A stretch of 32,000 bases of DNA from Candidatus Electrothrix yaqonensis (GTDB taxonomy: Bacteria > Desulfobacterota > Desulfobulbia > Desulfobulbales > Desulfobulbaceae): contig CP178758.1 in the NCBI GenBank assembly GCA_047651235.1, positions 3,630,001-3,662,000 on the forward strand. Direction: 5' to 3'. Position 1 is the stretch's first letter. Each line of letters begins with the position of its first letter. Position numbers and translations under genes: made by a program. Under the pieces are notes generated by a model that was not told the origin of the DNA, ran no database searches, and saw nothing but the letters and a program-made list of their open reading frames with translations. Positions 1 to 8,247 of this stretch are shown piece by piece.

Positions 1-54
1 TGAAGATCGCGGAAACAATACGATTCCCGGCAGCTGTCGCCGATCCGATCTACC

Positions 55-1479
55 CTACAACAGAATACCGTCCCGGTCAACAGGCACATTTGTCCGCATG
101 CCGGTGAGTAGCATGACGCAGCGGGTAAACTCCTTCCCCCGCTCTTCGTAATTTCTGAACATATCAAAACTGGCACAGGCTGGAGCCAGCAGCACGGTAT
201 CACCCGGTTGAGCCGCTGCAAAGGCCCGGAAGACCGCCTCTTCCATATCTGCAGCGGACTGATGACCGACTCCGGCTGACTCTGCCGCTGATGCCAGCTC
301 CGGCCCGGCTTCGCCGATAAGCACAAGATGTCTGACATGCTGCTGTAGAGACGGAATCAGGTCGGCAAAGTCACCGCCCTTGTTGCGTCCGCCCGCAATC
401 AGGACAACCTCTTTTTCGCCTCCCTGCCGGAATCCGGCCAAGGCCGCAGCCACCGCACCGATATTGGTTGCCTTGGAGTCATTGATAAAATGTACCCCCT
501 CCAGCTCACCAGCCGGGGTCATTCTATGCAGCGGCGGCTGAAAATCAGCCAGCCCGACCCGGATGCTGTCTTCATCGCAACCGAACGCCCGTACCGCCAA
601 GATAGCGGCAGCAGCATTATACCTATTGACCAGCGAATTGAGCCGGGTTGCCGCAAGATCGTATACTTCAACTTCAGCCTGCCCGTTCGGGGCAAAACCG
701 GGCTCCAGCTGTACGCCCTGCCCTTCCACCTTTGCTCGGCAGCCCGACCGGGCGCCGAAACCATACACCGCTCCGGCAGTGGCTATCCGACCGGGCACGA
801 GCTGCGGATCATCCATGCCGATAATGGCCGTATCACCCCGGCCCTGATGAGCAAAGAGCTGCATCTTGGCCGCTGCATAGTGAGCAAAGCTGCCGTGCCG
901 GTCAATATGATCCGGTGACAGATTGAGCAGCAGGCCGATATCCGGCCGGAATGCTCCGGCTGCCTCCAGCTGGAAACTGGAGAGCTCCAGCACCAGTACC
1001 TCGGCATCACCCGGCTCGCGCAGGTATTCCAGAACCGGGGTGCCGATGTTGCCGCCGACAAAGACCTTTTTTCCTGTGCTCTGCAGAAGATGCCCGATCA
1101 AACTGGTGACTGTAGTCTTACCGTTGGAGCCGGTCACGGCAATCACCGGCACCTGCATCCGTCCTGCAGCCAAGGCCAGCTCTCCAAGCACCGGAACGCC
1201 CCGGCTCCGGGCTGCGTCAAGTATCTTCAGATCCATCGGTACTCCCGGACTGACTACTACCAGCTCCGCATCGGCAAAAAAATCCGCTGTGTGGCCACCA
1301 GTTTCCAGTATAGCTTCGCATTGGGCCAGTGCTGCCTGCTCTTCTGCGGAAACCTGCGGCCTGAAATCGGAAACAGCAACCTTCACCCCCCGCTGATGCA
1401 GATATCTGACCGCTGCCAAGCCTGACCTGCCCAGCCCGACCACGACGGTCTTCATGCCTTTGTTGAAATTATAAACCAT
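55..1479 (-). CDS. murD: UDP-N-acetylmuramoyl-L-alanine--D-glutamate ligase (MurD)
   Basis: ORF 55..1545. It has the N-terminal dinucleotide-fold motif VVVGLGRSGLA and the Mur-ligase P-loop AVTGSNGKTT, and its length is typical of MurD. The first 22-30 tracked codons look like read-through. ATG at 1479 (AGGA about 5 nt upstream) or ATG at 1455 is the likelier start. Confidence 0.9.
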   Translation of the reverse strand: MVYNFNKGMKTVVVGLGRSGLAAVRYLHQRGVKVAVSDFRPQVSAEEQAALAQCEAILETGGHTADFFADAELVVVSPGVPMDLKILDAARSRGVPVLGELALAAGRMQVPVIAVTGSNGKTTVTSLIGHLLQSTGKKVFVGGNIGTPVLEYLREPGDAEVLVLELSSFQLEAAGAFRPDIGLLLNLSPDHIDRHGSFAHYAAAKMQLFAHQGRGDTAIIGMDDPQLVPGRIATAGAVYGFGARSGCRAKVEGQGVQLEPGFAPNGQAEVEVYDLAATRLNSLVNRYNAAAAILAVRAFGCDEDSIRVGLADFQPPLHRMTPAGELEGVHFINDSKATNIGAVAAALAGFRQGGEKEVVLIAGGRNKGGDFADLIPSLQQHVRHLVLIGEAGPELASAAESAGVGHQSAADMEEAVFRAFAAAQPGDTVLLAPACASFDMFRNYEERGKEFTRCVMLLTGMRTNVPVDRDGILL

Positions 1480-1697
1480 ATTTTCCTGCAGCCCGACCGG
1501 ACCTGCGGTATTGGAAAAATTTGAAATTATGGGAGAGCGGTACACTTGTCAACCACCCTGCAGGACGACACATCTTACTCTATAAAGCGGCAAATCCGGA
1601 AGTTATTTTCTTCACGTTTCCGTTTTCCTTATCTGAATTTTTTGCTAACTTAAAAAGTTATCTCAGTGCATCGACTCGAAAATTGAGGAAAGCAGAT

Positions 1698-3047
1698 ATG
1701 GGAGCGCTGTCCAGGGCAAAAAAAGAGAAATATACCTGCTATCAACAACAGCTGCAAAGCCGATGTGAGCAGCAGCACGAATTACTGCGGCGACTGCAGA
1801 GAGATCACGCCATTGTTACTGATCCTGCCGTCAAATTCGAGCGGGAGCAACAGATTGAAGCTGCCCGGAGCGAATGTAAGCAGATCAGGCATGACCTGAG
1901 CCTGCTGGAAGATGCGCTGCGGACTGGTGATGACAGCAGAGTGCCTGCGCGATATCAACGTAAGCCCAAGGCTGAAAGCCCAGCCCGGCAGAACCTGCTG
2001 ACTCTGCTGCAGGGGGTCAAATCCGCCTGGATTGAGGGCGTGCTGAAACAATCCCTGCATAACGAGGTACTGATCGAACTGCGCAAAACCCAGGAGGACG
2101 ATGCCGTCGATCGGCTGGAGCAGCCCCTGAACCTCAGCCTGGATAAGCCTGATGCGTCAGAAGAGACCATACTGCTTGATGAGGATATTCAGGAAACTTA
2201 TGAAGAGGCGGGAGGTACTCTGCTGATTCTCGGCGCACCGGGTGCCGGCAAAACCATTTCCCTACTCGATTTAACCCGCCGTCTGGCCAATGATGCTGTG
2301 TTTGATTCCGACCAGCCCATTCCGGTGGTCTTCAACCTTTCTTCATATACAGATAAACGGCAATCGCTGGCAGACTGGCTGGTGGATGAGCTGTGGGCCA
2401 AATACCGCATTCCCACCAAAATAGGGCGAAAGTGGATTGAAGATACGGAGCGGCGACCGCTTGTCCTGATGCTGGATGGTCTGGATGAGGTGGCGGAAGA
2501 TCTCCGTCCGGCCTGTGTGCAGGCTGTGAATTCCTATCGGGAGCAATATGCCCTGCGCGGCATTGTGGTGGCCTGCCGTCATCGGGAATACCGGGAGATT
2601 TCGGGCAAGCTCAAACTGGAGCAGGCCCTGTGTGTTCAACCGCTGACAGACCGGCAGGTTGAAGACTACCTGACCGGTGGCGGTGAGGAATTAGCCGGGT
2701 TGCACGCGGCCCTGCCTGCGGATGAGGGATTCCGGGAGCTGGCCCGTTCTCCCCTGATTCTGAGTATGATGTGCCTGGCCTACCGGGATCAGCCGGTTGA
2801 AACGATTCTTCAGGATGTGGCCGGGACAGCCGAGACCCGGCAGCCCAAGCTCTTTGCTGCCTATGTGCAGAGCATGTTCCGGCGGCCACGCAGCGGGGTT
2901 GAATACGAAGAGGAAAAGACCCGCCGCTGGCTGACCTTTTTGGCGTACAATATGCAGAAGCATGGACAGACCATCTTTCAGATAGAAAACCTTCAGCCGA
3001 GCTGGCTGCTGACAAAAGGTGGGTATAGCTGGAGCAACATAATTTGA
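1698..3047 (+). CDS. NACHT-family STAND NTPase with a coiled-coil-like N-terminus; appears C-terminally truncated or split
   Basis: Walker A LILGAPGAGKT and Walker B LVLMLDGLDEV with NACHT-type spacing, followed by winged-helix-like sequence. The start is placed at ATG 1698 (GAGGA 6-7 nt upstream) rather than the tracked 1521, which overlaps murD. The ORF ends right after the motif IENLQPSWLL, with no sensor or repeat domain. Confidence 0.8.
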   Translation: MGALSRAKKEKYTCYQQQLQSRCEQQHELLRRLQRDHAIVTDPAVKFEREQQIEAARSECKQIRHDLSLLEDALRTGDDSRVPARYQRKPKAESPARQNLLTLLQGVKSAWIEGVLKQSLHNEVLIELRKTQEDDAVDRLEQPLNLSLDKPDASEETILLDEDIQETYEEAGGTLLILGAPGAGKTISLLDLTRRLANDAVFDSDQPIPVVFNLSSYTDKRQSLADWLVDELWAKYRIPTKIGRKWIEDTERRPLVLMLDGLDEVAEDLRPACVQAVNSYREQYALRGIVVACRHREYREISGKLKLEQALCVQPLTDRQVEDYLTGGGEELAGLHAALPADEGFRELARSPLILSMMCLAYRDQPVETILQDVAGTAETRQPKLFAAYVQSMFRRPRSGVEYEEEKTRRWLTFLAYNMQKHGQTIFQIENLQPSWLLTKGGYSWSNII

Positions 3048-3130
3048 ATATGCCCACAAGAGGCATAAGTTTTGCCTTCACGCCTTTCAGATAGCTGATC
3101 CTGTATTCAGTTTATACTGCTCCAGCTATA
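3024..3130. repeat. 107-bp MITE-like block bounded by a perfect 13-bp inverted repeat
   Basis: TATAGCTGGAGCA (3024-3036) is the exact reverse complement of TGCTCCAGCTATA (3118-3130). There is an internal hairpin TATGCC/GGCATA (about 3049-3067). The block carries the NACHT stop codon and two further stops in the same frame. Confidence 0.55.
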
Positions 3131-3143
3131 TTGGTTGTATATC

Positions 3144-3542
3144 ATGTTGTCGCGGCTTTTAAATGGCCTGCTGGGAGGAATTGGGCTGGTGATGCTCTTC
3201 TTGCTAGTTAAGGCTTTTCTTGAACAAATACTCCACATAGAATTCAATCAGACAACAATCTGCCTGATATCATTTTTATTGTTGTTCTTCGGAATAGTGA
3301 CGGCTGGCTGGGCTGGATTACTTCACGGGTTTTACTTGCCTTGCCGTCGTACATGGAAATCAATGAATCTGTATAACACGGCGATATGTTGGCTACCAGT
3401 TATTATTATGGTGTTCGGCCTTGATCAGGCACTTTACAAGTTAGGTGGTGACGAACTTACTCGCATTACCATGATGATAACTGTATCATTATGGGGATTG
3501 TATTTTATTGTTTCAATCGATAGTCAAAACTATGGACTTTAG
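3144..3542 (+). CDS. Small polytopic membrane protein, possibly the detached C-terminal part of the NACHT gene
   Basis: ORF 3135..3542 with ATG at 3144. It has about 4 hydrophobic helices (LLGGIGLVMLFLLV, ICLISFLLLFFGIVTAGWAGLL, ICWLPVIIMVFGL, MMITVSLWGLYFIV). It is in the same reading frame (mod 3) as the NACHT ORF. No recognisable family. Confidence 0.5.
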   Translation: MLSRLLNGLLGGIGLVMLFLLVKAFLEQILHIEFNQTTICLISFLLLFFGIVTAGWAGLLHGFYLPCRRTWKSMNLYNTAICWLPVIIMVFGLDQALYKLGGDELTRITMMITVSLWGLYFIVSIDSQNYGL

Positions 3543-4040
3543 TCCAAGACTTTTAGTAGACTCTCATTTATGAGGCCTTATAGAAAATCATCGTACAACG
3601 TACATGACTTGAAAGTTCACCTGATTTGGATAACAAAATATCGTTACAAAGTGTTAAGTAAAGATATAAGTATTCGAATCAGAGAGATAATACGCCGAAT
3701 ATGTGATTCGAAAGATATTCAAATTATCAAAGGGAATATCAGTCAGGATCATGTCCATATCTATGTGTCATATCCTCCCAAAATATCCGTGAGTGAAATG
3801 GTGCGATTTTTCAAGGGTCGCTCTTCAAAAAAGATTCAGGAAGAATTTCCTCAACTGTCCAGAAGATACTGGGGAAAACATTTTTGGGGTATTGGCTGCG
3901 TTGCTTTGAGTTCCGGACACGTTACTGATGAAATGATACGGAATTATATTGAAAATCACAGAAATGACCCAAATCATAATAATGACGATTTTAAGATAGA
4001 ATAACGACTTTCAGTCGTTACACACTGACTTGAGTCAGCG
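3530..4040 (+). mobile_element. IS200/IS605-family insertion sequence (tnpA only)
   Basis: A Y1 HUH transposase gene is flanked by subterminal hairpins that share a GACT..AGTC core: GGACTttAGTCC (3534-3545), AACGACTttcAGTCGTT (4003-4019) and CTGACTtgAGTCAG (4025-4038). The element is AT-rich relative to its neighbours. Confidence 0.8.
3570..4004 (+). CDS. tnpA: IS200/IS605 family transposase TnpA (Y1 HUH)
   Basis: 144 aa. Contains the HUH motif (DHVHIYV) and a C-terminal catalytic Tyr region (MIRNYIENH), plus the typical LIWITKYRYKVL N-terminus. Confidence 0.92.
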   Translation: MRPYRKSSYNVHDLKVHLIWITKYRYKVLSKDISIRIREIIRRICDSKDIQIIKGNISQDHVHIYVSYPPKISVSEMVRFFKGRSSKKIQEEFPQLSRRYWGKHFWGIGCVALSSGHVTDEMIRNYIENHRNDPNHNNDDFKIE

Positions 4041-5240
4041 GTTTTAATTCTACTTTGGCACTCACAAAGGCTGTGGTAATAATTTGCAATTCCGTTGTTT
4101 CTCATATGCGAAATCAATCGAAGCTTGCCTCTTTTCATGCCGTTGACGAAGCTGTCTTATAACTTCATCTTCGTTTACATCTCGACGTGGAAGAATTGAC
4201 TTGAGTAATGTTGTTATATCAGCGCAACTCAATAACGGGACACCGACTTGATGGTATAATCGTTGCTCGACCATAAACAACATGGCCATCATGACCATAG
4301 TCATATGATGATGCCAAGCCAGCCATCCCCGAGCCTGATAATCACCCATTCCACATTCATTTTTTGCATCCTGAAATGGCCGTTCAACCCAATATCGTTG
4401 AGCTTGCATATATGCAAGTCGTCTTGTTGACGTGTTACTTTCCGCATTACTTAGGCTATATTTAATTTTTTTCGGGGACTTAACCTCACGTCTGACAACT
4501 AATTCTACTTTGGTGACCATACCATTAACTATTTAATAATATTAATAATACTAAAAACAGGGGTTTTTAAATACTTAATAAAAATAAGCTAGTTATGTTT
4601 ATGATCGCCAAAGTAGAACTACTTGACAGTTGTCGGTTTTACCAAGCTGCCCGCACCATTGACGAGAAACCCCAACAGACATTTTACCCTTTTTGGGTAT
4701 CCCGGATTCATCAATAAAAAGAGCGCTATCTTCCTTTCCTCCAAAAATGTTATCCGCATCTTTAGCTACTTGGTTGTTTACAGGACGCCAATCCCAGTTC
4801 GATTCGGAAAGAAAATACTGGAGGGGCTCATATTTAACGCCCGGAACCTTTTCCTCCATACGTTCCATGTTTTTTTGTCAGCCTGGAATAAACCTTTCAA
4901 GTATTGGAATGCTTTATCTGACAAACTTACCGTATGTCTCTTAAAAAAATGATGATATCTTTCGTGAAAAGACGTAAGTTGCCGGGCGATGCCGGTCAAC
5001 TCAAAGAATTTGTCATGGGGACTTCTTTTTTCGGGGCTGGGAGCGTTCATAAAAAGAATAAAGTTATAATCAGGGCGATTGACGGGTATTTTTTTGATAG
5101 CTGTTATCAGGTGCTAGCTTGATCAAAAAGCGATAAAATTTTCCTAATGAAAGATACAACTTTATCCGGATATTGTAAGAAGTTTTTACAAATAGATCAA
5201 AAGGTTATGGTTGACAAAGTAGAATTACTTGGCAGAGAGT
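4041..5240 (-). mobile_element. Decayed IS701-like insertion sequence
   Basis: Outer inverted ends are AATTCTACTTTGG (4046-4058) and CAAAGTAGAATTACTTGGCAG (5217-5237). The interior holds three transposase fragments. A second, inner pair of the same 13-bp motif (4503-4515 and 4607-4619) brackets a roughly 90-bp AT-rich filler. Confidence 0.7.
4062..5050 (-). pseudogene. IS701-family DDE transposase, frameshifted and internally deleted
   Basis: The fragments are ORFs 4778..5050 (N-terminus), 4599..4868 (containing FIDESGIPKKGKMSVGVSRQWCGQLGKTDNCQV) and 4062..4520 (C-terminus, containing YWVERPFQDAKNECGMGDYQARGWLAWHHHMTMVMMA). They overlap in different frames, and the central part of the protein is missing. 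Confidence 0.75.
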
Positions 5241-5397
5241 GAGCAGGTTATTCGGATAAAATAGAAGCCTTCTCCCTTCCCCTATTCCTTCGTCCCGATT
5301 TTTTCAGGGCATTTTTCCGCCCGATCAGGTTTAATGAGCGCAGCCGATTCGTGCGCAAGGCGCATTCATATTTTTTTGTTTCAAGGAGAAAACTGTT

Positions 5398-7329
5398 ATG
5401 GGACAAACTGTTGCAGAAAAAATTATTGCTGCCCATCTGGTGGAAGGCGAGCTGAAAAAGGGGGGGGGAATCGGGCTGCGCATTGACCAGACCCTGACCC
5501 AGGATGCCACCGGCACAATGGCCTACTTGGAATTCGAGGCCATCGGTATCCCCCGTGTCCAGACCGAACTGTCTGTGAGCTATGTTGATCATAATATGCT
5601 CCAATCTGACTTTAAAAACGCGGATGACCATATTTTCCTGCAGGGCGCGGCCCGCAAATTCGGCCTGCATTTTTCCCCGCCGGGCAACGGTATCTGTCAT
5701 CAGGTCCATCTGGAACGTTTCGGCATCCCCGGCAAAACCCTGCTCGGCTCGGACTCCCACACCCCGACCGGGGGCGGCATGGGTATGCTGGCTATGGGCG
5801 CAGGCGGGCTGGACGTGGCGATGGCGATGGCGGGCAAGCCTTTTTACCTGATCATGCCGAAAATTTACGGCATCAAGCTCATCGGCAAGCTGCAACCTTG
5901 GGTGGCAGCCCGTGATGTGCTGCTGGAGATCCTGCGTCAGCTCACAGTCAAAGGCGGAGTCGGGTATATTATGGAATATTTCGGCCCGGGCGTGGCTAAA
6001 CTGAGCCTCACTGACCGGGCAACGATCACCAATTTTGGTGCCGAGCTGGGGGCCACCACCTCGGTCTTCCCCTCGGATGAAAATACCCGCAAATATCTGG
6101 CTGCCCAAGGTCGGGAAGAGCAGTGGCAGGAGCTGTCCGCCGACCCGGATGCCGAGTACGATGAGGTACTGGAGATTGATCTGTCCACTCTGGAGCCGAT
6201 GATCGCCTGCCCGTCCTCGCCGGATAATGTGGTCAAGGTGAGCCAAGTGGCCGGGAAGCCCGTGGCTCAGGTTCTGGTGGGTTCCTGCACCAATTCCTCT
6301 CTGCGTGATCTCACGGCTGTTTCCAAAATCATGGAGGGCCGGGAGGCGCATCGGGATATCAGCTTTGAGGTCAATCCGGGCAGTCGCCAGGCTCTGGAGA
6401 ATCTGGTTGCTCAGGGCGGGGTGCTGCCGCTGCTTCAGGCCGGAGCGCGCATTCACCAATCCGGCTGTCTCGGCTGTATCGGTATGGGCCAGGCCCCGCC
6501 CACCAGTATGAATTCTCTGCGCACTTTTTCGAGAAACTTCCCCGGTCGGTCCGGCAATCAGGGCGACAAGGTCTACCTGTGCAGCCCGGAGGTAGCCGCA
6601 GCTTCAGCCATCAGGGGCGTAATTACGGATCCGCGCGAGCTGGGGGAATATCCCGCCTTTGAGCTGCCCGAGACCTATCTGCCCGGTGATGAACGCATTG
6701 AAGCGCCGTTACCGGAAGAGGAAAGCGCCAAGGTGGAAATCGTGCGCGGCCCAAATATTGCGCCGTTCCCGGAATTCGAGCCGCTGCCCGAAACTTGGAA
6801 AGGCAGGGTGGTGCTCAAGCTGGCCGATAATGTCACCACCGACCACATCATGCCTGCCGGGGCAAAAATATTGCCCCTGCGCAGCAATATTCCGGCCATC
6901 AGCGAGTACGTATTTTCGCAGGTCACGGAGTGCTTTGCTTGTGATATGAAGGAGGCCGTTTCTGCCGGGCATTTCGGAGCCGTGATCGGTGGGGACAACT
7001 ACGGTCAGGGATCAAGCCGGGAACATGCTGCCTTGGCACCGCGCTACCTCGGCGTGCAGGTCAAGCTGGTCAAGAGTTTTGCCCGCATCCATAAGGCCAA
7101 CCTGATCAACTTTGGCATTCTGCCCCTGACCTTTGTTGATCCGGATGATTACGACAGGGTGGAGCAGGGCGCCGAGATGGTGATTCCCAACGTCCGGGAG
7201 GCTGTGGCCTCCGGCGCGGAAGCCCTGACCGTGGAGGTCAACGGCAAGCCGGTCCAGGCCCGCTGCGAGCTCTCCCAGCGGCACCGGGAGATTATGGTAG
7301 CAGGCGGCCTGCTGAACTGGGCCAGGTAG
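5398..7329 (+). CDS. Aconitate hydratase (about 640-aa Aquifex-type aconitase-family enzyme)
   Basis: 643 aa. Aconitase-family motifs are present: GSDSHT, the Fe-S cysteines in VGSCTNSS and SGCLGCIG, and the swivel-domain motif GDNYGQGSSREHAA. The start MGQTVAEKII follows AAGGAGAA. Confidence 0.88.
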   Translation: MGQTVAEKIIAAHLVEGELKKGGGIGLRIDQTLTQDATGTMAYLEFEAIGIPRVQTELSVSYVDHNMLQSDFKNADDHIFLQGAARKFGLHFSPPGNGICHQVHLERFGIPGKTLLGSDSHTPTGGGMGMLAMGAGGLDVAMAMAGKPFYLIMPKIYGIKLIGKLQPWVAARDVLLEILRQLTVKGGVGYIMEYFGPGVAKLSLTDRATITNFGAELGATTSVFPSDENTRKYLAAQGREEQWQELSADPDAEYDEVLEIDLSTLEPMIACPSSPDNVVKVSQVAGKPVAQVLVGSCTNSSLRDLTAVSKIMEGREAHRDISFEVNPGSRQALENLVAQGGVLPLLQAGARIHQSGCLGCIGMGQAPPTSMNSLRTFSRNFPGRSGNQGDKVYLCSPEVAAASAIRGVITDPRELGEYPAFELPETYLPGDERIEAPLPEEESAKVEIVRGPNIAPFPEFEPLPETWKGRVVLKLADNVTTDHIMPAGAKILPLRSNIPAISEYVFSQVTECFACDMKEAVSAGHFGAVIGGDNYGQGSSREHAALAPRYLGVQVKLVKSFARIHKANLINFGILPLTFVDPDDYDRVEQGAEMVIPNVREAVASGAEALTVEVNGKPVQARCELSQRHREIMVAGGLLNWAR

Positions 7330-7351
7330 AAAAGGTAAAAAAAAAGCAGCC

Positions 7352-7384
7352 GGGCAGACTCTCTGTGTCTGCCCTTATTTCTCC
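7352..7384 (+). terminator. Rho-independent terminator after the aconitase gene
   Basis: An 8-bp stem GGGCAGAC/GTCTGCCC with a 7-nt loop, followed by a T-rich TTATTTCT tail. An A-run upstream could allow bidirectional function. Confidence 0.6.
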
Positions 7385-7710
7385 TTACTGTCGCCAGCGA
7401 CTGATGAACCCTCCACTTTCTGCAGAAATACCTGCAGTTCAGGTGAACTGGATTGAGCTGAACCTGAACGCTGCAGCGTGATAGCGGCATCACCCTCCCA
7501 CACCATTCCCAATTCTGACCGAACAGAATCGTCCTGCGCATAAGTGCGTCCAGCTTTTTCTACAAAGAGCTACAACCGGTATTTTGGCTGCAGGCACCCT
7601 CATGAAGCGCATGTTTGGGCGCCAGTAAATCTTCTTATAAAAAATTAAATATTAAATAGAGAACATACCCCTTCCGTCTAATATTATTTTCGATTCAGAG
7701 TATTTTTTTC

Positions 7711-7739
7711 TTGACGCCGTATTTAATATTTTATATCTT
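7711..7739 (+). promoter_or_regulatory. Sigma70-like promoter with an AT-rich UP-like element
   Basis: TTGACG, 17 nt, TATCTT. It is preceded by AAAAAATTAAATATTAAATA and conserved in copy 2. This is a sequence prediction only. Confidence 0.4.
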
Positions 7740-7820
7740 AAGATAAAGAGAAGCTATATCGGTCATTCATTATCCGGCTGCAGCAGCTCAATTTACGAAC
7801 ATAAAAAACTACATAATTCT

Positions 7821-7994
7821 ATGGCAGCGCTTATTCAGTAATAAGTAGGCACCGTGCTTTCCGGTCAGAAACGGAAAGCTGAATAAAGCCACAACCGTCG
7901 CGAGGCGGTGTCGGAAAACTACGGGTCTCCAGAGAGGAGACAGCCGGGTTACCTGCTTTTTCCATTTCACTTTTATACCGGGAGGTAAGTTATG
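7821..7994 (+). promoter_or_regulatory. Conserved structured 5' leader (candidate cis-regulatory RNA or riboswitch), copy 1
   Basis: By my reading it is 100% identical to 12965..13138. Hairpins: CTTATT/AATAAG; GCTTTCCG-GTCAGAAA-CGGAAAGC (7856-7879); CCGTC-GCGA-GGCGG (7895-7908, GNRA loop); GTCTCC-AGAGA-GGAGAC (7925-7941). These are followed by AGCCGGGTTACC and then GGGAGG-N6-ATG (7992). Confidence 0.45.
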
Positions 7995-8247
7995 AAATCT
8001 CCAAAAACAGTATCCCGCCACATTATCTGCCCCCCTTCAAGCTGTACCGGCAGATTTTTCCCTTTATTTTTTAAAAAAAGGAATTGTAGTTTCGCCGATT
8101 CGTTGAGCACCCGCTGCTGCGGATCAGCATAACTATACTTTTCTATACTTTTTGATCGTTTGTTTTTCTGAACAAAAAACTGTGCCTGTAACTGTTATCT
8201 GCACAACCCGACAATAGCTATCCTTATTAACAAGGAGGAGAGATCGA

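Larger units (their letters stand above)
7573..8003 (+). repeat. Upstream cassette module, copy 1 (gene-end remnant, promoter and structured leader)
   Basis: Matches 12686..13147. The core 7637-8003 differs from 12779-13147 at about 6 positions. The 5' part reads as the last ~17 codons of a lost gene (TGILAAGTLMKRMFGRQ*). Confidence 0.9.

Noticed and set aside
1521-1697. N-terminal extensions in the ORF track (NACHT from 1521, murD to 1545, nifE-like to 24983, mlaA to 19672, collagen-like 2 from 13493)
   Set aside because: The extensions overlap neighbouring genes or lack SD sites. Internal ATGs with good SD motifs give N-termini that match family expectations.
5248-6459. 403-aa minus-strand ORF antisense to the aconitase gene, and smaller ORFs within 5331-7541
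   Set aside because: The plus-strand ORF carries unambiguous aconitase motifs along its whole length. The antisense ORF has no recognisable motifs and its composition is typical of shadow ORFs.
7822-7838. TGGCAGCGCTTATTCA in the conserved leader considered as a sigma54 promoter
   Set aside because: The GG element is present, but the -12 position reads ATTC rather than TTGC. The segment is better explained as part of the CTTATT/AATAAG hairpin.
7992-8132. Small ORFs starting at the conserved SD-ATG of the leader (46 aa at 7992..8132; 60 aa at 13136..13318)
   Set aside because: The two products share only MKSP and then diverge completely, which argues against a conserved peptide. The conserved SD-ATG is discussed as part of the leader finding rather than called as a gene.
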